Translations under genes and position numbers: made by a program
Shown here: piece by piece, positions 9,648 through 16,940 of the stretch
Layout of the letters: every line of letters starts with the position of its first letter
How positions within the stretch are numbered: position 1 is the stretch's first letter
Source of the DNA: Spirochaetota bacterium
Lineage (GTDB): Bacteria > Spirochaetota > UBA4802 > UBA5550
Assembly: GCA_016928865.1 (NCBI GenBank)
Contig: JAFGJX010000069.1
Coordinates: forward strand, 124,913-188,912
Direction of reading: 5' to 3'
Length of the DNA stretch: 64,000 nt
The notes under the pieces: generated by a model
What the model saw: only the letters and a program-made list of their open reading frames with translations
Database searches by the model: none
Told to the model about the DNA's origin: nothing

Positions 9648-10317
9648 GAAAGCAATCGTTACGGGCGGGCCCACCCGCGAGTGGATCGATCCCGTGCGAT
9701 TCATATCGAACCCGTCCTCGGGCAAGATGGGGGCCGCTCTCGCGGATGAATGCTCCCGCAGGGCGCGCGATACCGTGTTTATCCACGGACCGATCGAGCC
9801 GTCGCTGATATCGATGGCCCCCTACCGGTGCGTCGCGGTCGAAACCACGGCGGACATGCTGGCCGCCGTTTCCAGGGAGCTTGAGGAGAACGCGGTGCTC
9901 ATCATGGCGGCGGCCCCGGCCGACTACTCGCCCGTGACCCGGGCGAACCGCAAGATAAAGAAATCGGGCAAGAAGATGTCGCTCGAACTCGCCAGAACGC
10001 CCGATATCCTCAAGGTGGTCGCCGCGATGAAGAAGGAAGGCCGCATCAGCGAGCTTTTCGTCGTCGGCTTCGCCGCTGAAACAAACGATATAGAGGAGTA
10101 CGCGCTGAAGAAGCTCGCGGAAAAAAACCTCGACATGATATGCCTGAACGACGTGTCGCGGAAAGACGCCGGTTTCGGAACTGACACCAATATACTCACC
10201 ATCTTCGCCAGGGACGGCATGAGGAAAGAGCTTCCGCTTGTGTCAAAACAGGAAGCGGCTGCCCGTATCGTGGACGAGATCGACGCGCGGCTGCCACGCT
10301 TTCTGATATCCTGTTGA
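9631..10317 (+). CDS. coaB: phosphopantothenate-cysteine ligase (CoaB domain as a separate ORF)
   Basis: The motif VTGGPTREWIDPVRFISNPSSGKMG is typical of the Dfp C-terminal domain. It lies in the +1 frame relative to coaC and overlaps it by 17 nt if ATG 9631 is used (ATG 9607 also possible). Confidence 0.8.
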   Translation: MYLKNRKAIVTGGPTREWIDPVRFISNPSSGKMGAALADECSRRARDTVFIHGPIEPSLISMAPYRCVAVETTADMLAAVSRELEENAVLIMAAAPADYSPVTRANRKIKKSGKKMSLELARTPDILKVVAAMKKEGRISELFVVGFAAETNDIEEYALKKLAEKNLDMICLNDVSRKDAGFGTDTNILTIFARDGMRKELPLVSKQEAAARIVDEIDARLPRFLISC

Positions 10318-10330
10318 CGGGAGGTATGCC

Positions 10331-11146
10331 ATGTTTCGAAGAAAGCCTGCCGTGGCGGGGTCCTTCTATCCTTCGAACCCGCATCGCCTCGGCGAGATGA
10401 TCGATTCGTATCTCGGTGAAGCGAAGGGCGGGGCGGCTGGCGACATCGTCGGGGTAGTGTCGCCCCACGCGGGGTATGTCTATTCAGGGCCCGTGGCTGC
10501 ATATTCCTTCAAACGCATCGATCCGAAGGTGACATCCGTCGTGGTGCTCGCGCCGTCGCACCGGGCCCGCTTCAACGGGGCCGCCATTCTTCCCGAAGGG
10601 GTTTATGAGACGCCGCTTGGCGATGTAGAGATCGACGCGGAGATCGGCGGGAGGCTGAAAGAGAGAGAATATTTCGCCCCCCTGAAAGAGGCGCACGAGA
10701 TGGAGCACTCCCTTGAGGTACAGGTTCCTTTTCTGCAAAAAGTGCTCGATGATTTTACCATCGTTCCGGTCATCGTCGGTACGGTCGACCTTGCCATCTG
10801 CCGCGGCATAGCGGAGGGTATCGCCGGGGCCCTCGCCGGGGAGAAGAGAAAGACCGTCATCGTCATGTCGACCGATCTCTCGCACTACCATTCCTACGAA
10901 CAGGCAAAGACCCTGGACGGGCGTTTCATGGAAGCGCTGGGCACCTTCGACGAGGAGAAGGTAGCCGGGCTCCTTTCAAGCGGCAGGGCGGAGGCGTGCG
11001 GGGAGGGCCCGGTACTGACCGGAATGGTCCTGTGCAAAACGCTCGGGGCGAAAAAGGTCGAAATGCTCAAATACATGAATTCCGGCGATACCGCGGGCGG
11101 GAAGGACCAGGTCGTGGGCTATCTCGCAGCGGCGTTTGTGAGATAA
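10331..11146 (+). CDS. amrB: AmmeMemoRadiSam system protein B (MEMO1 family)
   Basis: The motifs AVAGSFYP, VSPHAGYVYSG and MSTDLSHY are present. A GGGAGG SD precedes the start. Confidence 0.85.
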   Translation: MFRRKPAVAGSFYPSNPHRLGEMIDSYLGEAKGGAAGDIVGVVSPHAGYVYSGPVAAYSFKRIDPKVTSVVVLAPSHRARFNGAAILPEGVYETPLGDVEIDAEIGGRLKEREYFAPLKEAHEMEHSLEVQVPFLQKVLDDFTIVPVIVGTVDLAICRGIAEGIAGALAGEKRKTVIVMSTDLSHYHSYEQAKTLDGRFMEALGTFDEEKVAGLLSSGRAEACGEGPVLTGMVLCKTLGAKKVEMLKYMNSGDTAGGKDQVVGYLAAAFVR

Positions 11147-11323
11147 CACGAACCTTATTGCATGATATCCGCCACCGGCCGGAATATCCGGTAACTGCCT
11201 GACCTGCGGCGATATACTTTATTATTGACATGGCCGACGTTCCCGGTAATAATGATTTATAGACTGAAGCTTGTCTCCACTCGTATCGTCAGGAGCGCAA
11301 ACCATTCCCGGAGGTGCGGCGAC

Positions 11324-11896
11324 ATGAAGGATCTTTCAAGGGACCAGCAGCAGGCCCTGCTGGCGCTCGCCAGAAATACCATCGCGGAATCGCTCGGCAT
11401 CCCGGGAGAGGCCCGGCCTGAGCTGGGGGATGAAATATTTGATGAAAAATGCGGCGCGTTTGTGACTCTCCATATCAGCGGACGGCTCAGGGGGTGTATC
11501 GGATATATACAGGGTATCAAGCCGCTGAAGGAAACCATTGTCGATATGGCAAAGGCGTCGGCGTTCAGGGATCCCAGGTTCCCGCCCCTGCGGAAGGAAG
11601 AATATAATGCGATCGATATTGAAATATCCGTACTGTCGCCTATCGAAACCGTAAACGACGTGCGCGATATCAAGGTGGGAAGGGATGGCCTGATCATTTC
11701 CCGGGGCTTTAACTCCGGCCTTCTGCTTCCCCAGGTTCCCGTCGAGCAGGGATGGGGACTCGAAGAATTTCTTGACAACACCTGTTACAAAGCCGGCCTG
11801 TCAGCGGTCGCCTGGCGGGAGAAGGGAACGAAGATAGAGAAATTTTCAGCCCAGGTTTTCGGCGAAAAGGAGCGCGGTGGGTCAAAACCCTCTTGA
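11324..11896 (+). CDS. amrA: AmmeMemoRadiSam system protein A (AMMECR1 domain)
   Basis: The AMMECR1 signature GAFVTLHISGRLRGCIGY is present. ATG 11324 is preceded by GGAGGTG. Confidence 0.85.
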   Translation: MKDLSRDQQQALLALARNTIAESLGIPGEARPELGDEIFDEKCGAFVTLHISGRLRGCIGYIQGIKPLKETIVDMAKASAFRDPRFPPLRKEEYNAIDIEISVLSPIETVNDVRDIKVGRDGLIISRGFNSGLLLPQVPVEQGWGLEEFLDNTCYKAGLSAVAWREKGTKIEKFSAQVFGEKERGGSKPS

Positions 11897-11931
11897 CGAT
11901 AGTGACCCGGCAATCATTATTTGAGGTTTTT

Positions 11932-12375
11932 ATGAAACAGTACCTGATACTACTTCTGGTGCCGGCGCTGCTGCTGGCATCATGCGGGAAAGAGAAAAAA
12001 TTCACCGCCCCTGAAGCTGTTTTCGCGAAATGGTCCCGGGCAATAGAGCGGCTGAACTATGCCGAATACGCTTCGTGCGAGGCCTATCCGAAGAGCGAAG
12101 GCGTTTTCCGGGAAATGTTCCGAGATTCCTATTATGCCGACCTGATGGTGACGGAGGTTGAAAAGCTTGACGAGCAGGAGGTGCTGAAGGACCATCAGGG
12201 AAATTCGTATATCAAGAGGAACGTGCAGTTCGAATGCAACGAGATACGGAGAAAGGACCGGAAGCCCGTACGGCTGCTCCGGGGGGACGTGGATTTTGTC
12301 CGCTATACAGACGGCGACAGGAAAGCGCGGGGATGGCTGATGTGGAACCGTAAAATAATACGCATTGAGCATTGA
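11932..12375 (+). CDS. hypothetical lipoprotein
   Basis: The N-terminus MKQYLILLLVPALLLASCGK has a lipobox (LASC). No other motif is recognised. Confidence 0.6.
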   Translation: MKQYLILLLVPALLLASCGKEKKFTAPEAVFAKWSRAIERLNYAEYASCEAYPKSEGVFREMFRDSYYADLMVTEVEKLDEQEVLKDHQGNSYIKRNVQFECNEIRRKDRKPVRLLRGDVDFVRYTDGDRKARGWLMWNRKIIRIEH

Positions 12376-12393
12376 CGGAGAGACCGTGGCGAT

Positions 12394-13746
12394 ATGAGCC
12401 TGTATGAATTGTTTATTGGATTCCGATACCTGAAATCAAAGCAGAGCCGGGGTATCGTATCATCGAATACGCTCCTTTCGATTGTTATCGTGTTCCTGGG
12501 CGTCTTTATCCTGGTGGTTGTCCTTTCCGTGATGAACGGGTTCCAGGCCGCCATAAAGGACAAGATCCTTGACGTGGATTCACATATCACGGTGCAGAGC
12601 GTGTACGGCCCCTCGGAAGGGCTGGGACTCCGCAATTATGAGGATCTGGTTCAGAAGGTTCTCGCCATAGAGGGCGTGCGGAGCGCGGAGCCCTATATCA
12701 TGTCGCAGGGCCTTATCAGGTTCGGCTCGAACATAGCGCCGGTAATGGTCCGCGGGGTGGGGAGAAAGGGGTTTATACCTGACGATGTCGCCAAATTTAT
12801 CGTAAAGGACAGGAGCAATTTTCAGAAAAAGGGCGTGCGCCGGCTGTCTGATGACATCGTGCGGGATTTTTTCGCCACGCGCTCGGCTTTTATAGGCCAG
12901 GAGATGGCCCTTAACTACAATATTCTCATTGGCGATTATATCGAGCTGATTGTGCCGCGTGGCGCGCTCACGGTGAAAACTGGCCTCACCCCGAGCCTGC
13001 AGCGGTTTCGCGTGATAGGCTATTTCAAGACCGAGTATTATGATTTCGACACGAAGCTTGTGATACTCTCCATGCCGCAGGCGCAGCGCCTGTTCGAGAT
13101 AGGGGACACGGTGTCGGGAATCGGGATCAAGATCCATGACGTGTGGAAGACCGATCGGATCTCGCAGCAGATCAACGCGACCCTCGGGTACCAGTATCTC
13201 ACCATGACCGCCGAGGAGAAGAACCGGAACCTGTTTTACGCGCTCAAGCTGGAAAAGCTCATCATGATGATTATTCTCTTCCTGGTGATCATATCGGCCG
13301 GGTTCACCATCATGGGAACGCTGGTGATGGTGGTCATGGAAAAGCGGAAGGCGGTCGGCGTATTAAAGTCGATGGGCGCGAAGCCCAATTCCATAATGGT
13401 CATATTCGTTCTCGAAGGATTTTTTATAGGGATCATCGGCTCGTTTACCGGGGTCGTGTGCGGGATAGCCGCCTCGCTCAATCTGGATGCGATAATCAGA
13501 TGGATCGAGAATGCCATCAATGCGGTCATGGGGGGGGTGTACACGCTGTTCAAGATGGGCATGTTCAACAGGATAAGCCTGGTGCCGAGCCACGTGTATT
13601 ATATCGAGGGCATACCAACCGAGGTGAATCCCGAGCTGGTTGTGTTCATCGCGACCATCGCGGTATTCCTCTGCACCGTGGCGGCCATATTTCCGGCCTG
13701 GAGCGCGTCGCGCCTGCAGCCGGTGGAGACCATACGGTACGAGTAG
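12394..13746 (+). CDS. lolE: lipoprotein-releasing system permease, LolC/LolE family (FtsX/MacB type)
   Basis: The N-terminus LYELFIGFRYLKSK is followed by TM1, a large periplasmic loop and three C-terminal TM helices. lolD lies immediately downstream. Confidence 0.85.
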   Translation: MSLYELFIGFRYLKSKQSRGIVSSNTLLSIVIVFLGVFILVVVLSVMNGFQAAIKDKILDVDSHITVQSVYGPSEGLGLRNYEDLVQKVLAIEGVRSAEPYIMSQGLIRFGSNIAPVMVRGVGRKGFIPDDVAKFIVKDRSNFQKKGVRRLSDDIVRDFFATRSAFIGQEMALNYNILIGDYIELIVPRGALTVKTGLTPSLQRFRVIGYFKTEYYDFDTKLVILSMPQAQRLFEIGDTVSGIGIKIHDVWKTDRISQQINATLGYQYLTMTAEEKNRNLFYALKLEKLIMMIILFLVIISAGFTIMGTLVMVVMEKRKAVGVLKSMGAKPNSIMVIFVLEGFFIGIIGSFTGVVCGIAASLNLDAIIRWIENAINAVMGGVYTLFKMGMFNRISLVPSHVYYIEGIPTEVNPELVVFIATIAVFLCTVAAIFPAWSASRLQPVETIRYE

Positions 13747-13780
13747 ATCCGTGCCGGACCGATGCTGACAGGATCAGATT

Positions 13781-14461
13781 ATGGAGAAGAGCGTCATAGT
13801 AAAAGCCAAAGGGCTGGAAAAGATATACGGGATCGGGAGGAGCGCTCTCAGGGTCCTGAAGGGGATATCCTTCGAAATCGGAAAGGGCGAGGCGATATCG
13901 ATCGTGGGACCGTCGGGAGCGGGAAAGTCAACCCTCCTCAACCTGATCGGCTGCCTTGATGCGTTCCAGGCGGGGAGCCTCGCGGTGATGGGCAGGGAGA
14001 TCGCCAACCTGTCCGTAGAGGACCTTTCAGGGTTCAGGAACAGGCATGTGGGCTTCGTATTTCAGTTCCATAACCTGCTTCCCGAATTCACCGCCCTGGA
14101 GAATGCCATGATCCCGCTCATGATCAGGAGGGTGAAGCGGAAGGAGGCGCGGCAGCGCGCGCTGCATCTTCTGGAGCGGTTCAACCTGGCGGAAAGGGCG
14201 CATCACAAGCCCTCGGAGCTCTCCGGCGGCGAATGCCAGCGTGTCGCCGTGGCCCGGGCGATAATCGGGAATCCGGATCTGCTCCTGGCTGACGAGCCGA
14301 CCGGCAACCTGGACAGCGCGAATTCGCTCATGCTGACCGACATGCTGCTCAGCCTGGGCAGGGACGAGGGGACAACGGTCGTTATCGTTACCCATGATCG
14401 CGACATTGCAACTCGTACCGGCAAGACCATCACGCTTATTGACGGGAAGATAGAGGAATAA
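13781..14461 (+). CDS. lolD: lipoprotein-releasing system ATP-binding protein LolD
   Basis: Walker A GPSGAGKST, ABC signature LSGGECQR and Walker B LLLADEPT are present. Confidence 0.9.
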   Translation: MEKSVIVKAKGLEKIYGIGRSALRVLKGISFEIGKGEAISIVGPSGAGKSTLLNLIGCLDAFQAGSLAVMGREIANLSVEDLSGFRNRHVGFVFQFHNLLPEFTALENAMIPLMIRRVKRKEARQRALHLLERFNLAERAHHKPSELSGGECQRVAVARAIIGNPDLLLADEPTGNLDSANSLMLTDMLLSLGRDEGTTVVIVTHDRDIATRTGKTITLIDGKIEE

Positions 14462-14467
14462 GACGCC

Positions 14468-15550
14468 ATGTCTGAAATGATAAAAACCATAACCGACACC
14501 GGACAGTTCGCGGAAATATTCAAGAAATTCTTCGCGAAGCGCGACGTTTTTTTAAAGACCAAAAGCGGCGATCTGTTCGTCCAGTTTCTCGGGTTTAACG
14601 AGGGAAATGTCGCCTTCAGGATCCCGCGCGTAAAAAGCCTTCCTGACACGATCGTGGTGTTCACGCGGCTCAGCGAGAACACGATCTACGCCAGCCTCAA
14701 GCTTATTGAAAACACGGAGAATGATTTTATTTTCCTGCCGATCAAGTTCCAGATAATATCGGAAAAGATGAAGGAAGAGCGCACCAGCCTTGCGAGTTCG
14801 GGCGGAAAGAATGTCCTCTATGCCAGCAATATCATATCCGAGCCGATGATCCAGGGGGCGCTCGATTCCAACGAAAAAAAAGTGGCCATCCTGAAAGACA
14901 AGATAGCCCGCGAGCTGAAGGGGAAATTCGATTACGTGCGCGTGGTGTTCATCAACGAAACAAGGATCGACGTCCGGATGAAGCGTTTTGCCGAGTCATG
15001 GAGCCCGATCATGGTCAGGGATATCAGCGGCCAGATTGGCGGGGATAACAAGGCCACGAAGGTGTATCTGAATGAAATTTACGCGAAAGATTATAAGCTT
15101 TCCAGTCACAAGGAGCTTGTATCGGAAGTGTCGGTTCCGATTATCTACAAAAACATGGTCCCGTACGGATACATTCAGGTTAACAACACAAAACCGATGG
15201 ACGACAACCATCTCACCGTGGTGAAGCGGCTGGCGGTCATGATCAATGATATTGTCCTGAAAGAGCGCCTCTTCGTGCCCGCGCCGGAGAAATTTATTGT
15301 CAATGACGTATCCAGAAAGGGACTCGGCATCGTGTTCAGGGAGCGCCGCCTGCTCCGCTATTTCACGAAGGACGGCCGTCTGATACTTGAGTTGACCCTT
15401 CCTGACGAGAACAGGGTCAACATGCGCGTAGTCGTGAGGAATACGGTATTCAATGAAAACGGAATCATCAAGGTCGGACTTGAGATCATTGACATCGACG
15501 CCATCAGCGAGGTGAATTACGACGAGTTTCTTGAAACGATGAAGAAATAA
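14468..15550 (+). CDS. PilZ-like domain protein with a long N-terminal extension
   Basis: The C-terminal ~100 aa fits a PilZ barrel: IVNDVSRKGLGIVF (DxSxxG) .. LILELTLPDENRVNMRVVVRN .. KVGLEIIDID. The upstream RxxxR is degenerate (LKERLF). The gene starts 6 nt after lolD and looks less GC-rich than its neighbours by eye. Confidence 0.5.
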   Translation: MSEMIKTITDTGQFAEIFKKFFAKRDVFLKTKSGDLFVQFLGFNEGNVAFRIPRVKSLPDTIVVFTRLSENTIYASLKLIENTENDFIFLPIKFQIISEKMKEERTSLASSGGKNVLYASNIISEPMIQGALDSNEKKVAILKDKIARELKGKFDYVRVVFINETRIDVRMKRFAESWSPIMVRDISGQIGGDNKATKVYLNEIYAKDYKLSSHKELVSEVSVPIIYKNMVPYGYIQVNNTKPMDDNHLTVVKRLAVMINDIVLKERLFVPAPEKFIVNDVSRKGLGIVFRERRLLRYFTKDGRLILELTLPDENRVNMRVVVRNTVFNENGIIKVGLEIIDIDAISEVNYDEFLETMKK

Positions 15551-15552
15551 CG

Positions 15553-15840
15553 TCAGGATTTTTTCTTTCTTTCTTTTGCCGCGGCCTTCGCGAGCTTCTT
15601 TTCCAGCTTCAGGCGCGCCTTTTCAGCGGCATCTCCCGACGCGGCAGGCGCCGGTCCCGCGGCTTTCGCGCCTGGCTCCCCGCCGGCCTTTTTATTGCGG
15701 ATATTTCTGATCTTACCCAGGATAAAAGTGGCGAACTGTTTCCCGAATTGCGCGATGAACCCGGTGATCAGGATCATTACCGCCCATTTCAGGATGGTCG
15801 ATACGGTGCTGGAATCGAAGATGTTCTGTGGGTCAGGCAT
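15553..15840 (-). CDS. small membrane protein with a Lys/Ala-rich C-terminal tail
   Basis: One TM helix (ILKWAVMILITGFIAQF) is followed by AAEKARLKLEKKLAKAAAKERKKKS. The start is ambiguous (15840, 15855 or TTG 15879) and no SD is seen. Confidence 0.45.
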   Translation of the reverse strand: MPDPQNIFDSSTVSTILKWAVMILITGFIAQFGKQFATFILGKIRNIRNKKAGGEPGAKAAGPAPAASGDAAEKARLKLEKKLAKAAAKERKKKS

Positions 15841-15900
15841 GCAAGCAAGAAACATCCGGGCAAAAAAATAAGCAAGCAAATTTTACCTTTCATCCAGCCG

Positions 15901-16300
15901 TCCCCTCCCACCTGCGGCCCGCCGGGCGCTTTCAGAACTTCTGTCCGCGCCTTGGCGCAGGACTTCGGGTATTCTCTCTGCGACAGATATTTATTGCCGG
16001 GATGCCCCCCCAACCCCCCGGAGGGGGGCTTGCTAACTAAAAAATATTTCCGATAAGGTAAAGATCTCTCAACCCCGCACGGGTAATGACTCCCGGTCCA
16101 TTCCCGAACAGTAAGGCGGCGCGATGTCATCTGATCTAAAGTACATAGAAGTAAAACGAACGGTGAGGGTTAATGATAAAAATTATTCATTAATCCCCCC
16201 TCCCCGCGAGCGGGGAGGGCTCCCGACACGGATGTCGCAGTGGCGAGCGCGGACAGGACGTCCGAAAAGCGCTCGGTTGGTAAGGGGGGTGGGGCGACTC
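15901..16300. repeat. large imperfect palindromic non-coding element: two inverted GC-rich units around an AT-rich core
   Basis: The left unit (~15901-16035) and the reverse complement of the right unit (~16190-16300) align by eye. Exact blocks include CTGTCCGCGC (15941-15950), CTGCGACA and GGAGGGGGG. Each unit has its own hairpin: CCCCCC-GGA-GGGGGG (16014-16028) and CCCTCCCCG-CGAG-CGGGGAGGG (16198-16219). Confidence 0.7.
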
Positions 16301-16355
16301 CGCATACAAGGTTGAATTAGATCTGTTTTTTTAGATACAACCCAATTAATCCTCA

Positions 16356-16380
16356 TAAAAACGCTCTTTTTGTCCGATCA
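16356..16380 (+). promoter_or_regulatory. possible sigma-28-like promoter upstream of flgN
   Basis: TAAA (16356-16359), a 13-nt spacer, then TCCGATCA (16373-16380), compared with the consensus TAAA-N15-GCCGATAA. The spacer is 2 nt short. It lies ~48 nt upstream of the flgN ATG. Confidence 0.25.
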
Positions 16381-16427
16381 TAAAAATGATAAGGCCTCGT
16401 ATATTATGTCGTACGGAGAAAAGTGCC

Positions 16428-16928
16428 ATGGACAGGCAAATCAGTGACATAAAGGGTATTTTAAGGGAAGAAGCGGGCTTGCTGGATAAGCTGTATGCAC
16501 TTGAGAGAGACAAGACCAGCGCGATAATCGACCATAACGGGTCACTCCTCGAACAGCTTTCTCGCGAACAGGAAGAGCTTGTTTCAACCGTCATGTCACT
16601 CGAAGCGGCCCGGATGAAGCGAGTGGATGAATTCAAGAGGGCCAGACATATATGGCACCAGGGCGTATCTCTCAAAGACATAGCGGCCCGGATGGATGAG
16701 CCGGAGGCGGATCAGGTGCGGTCTCTCGGGAGGCAACTGAAAGATGTCATGGGGCGGCTGCGTCGGCTTCAGGAGGCCAACCAGACGCTCATCAAAGACA
16801 ACATGGAATATTATACTATCATGATGACCGGTCTCCGGCGCAACGGACAGCTTGATTCCGCGTACCGGCACGATGGCAAGGAAGAGGAAAACCTGAAAAA
16901 TTCCATACTCTTCAATCAAACGGCGTAA
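16428..16928 (+). CDS. flgN: flagellar export chaperone FlgN-like protein
   Basis: A ~166-aa helical protein lies directly upstream of flgK. Its N-terminus (ILREEAGLLDKLYALERDKTSAII) matches FlgN-family architecture. GGAGAA SD is present and the start is taken at internal ATG 16428. Confidence 0.6.
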   Translation: MDRQISDIKGILREEAGLLDKLYALERDKTSAIIDHNGSLLEQLSREQEELVSTVMSLEAARMKRVDEFKRARHIWHQGVSLKDIAARMDEPEADQVRSLGRQLKDVMGRLRRLQEANQTLIKDNMEYYTIMMTGLRRNGQLDSAYRHDGKEEENLKNSILFNQTA

Positions 16929-16940
16929 GGGAGGAGGACG

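Noticed and set aside
16034-16056. TCCGATAA, a near-perfect sigma-28 -10 element, inside the inverted-repeat element
   Set aside because: No TAAA lies at the required ~15-nt spacing (the nearest is TAAC at 11 nt). The site is ~370 nt from flgN and sits inside a probable repeat. The weaker site at 16356-16380 is better placed.
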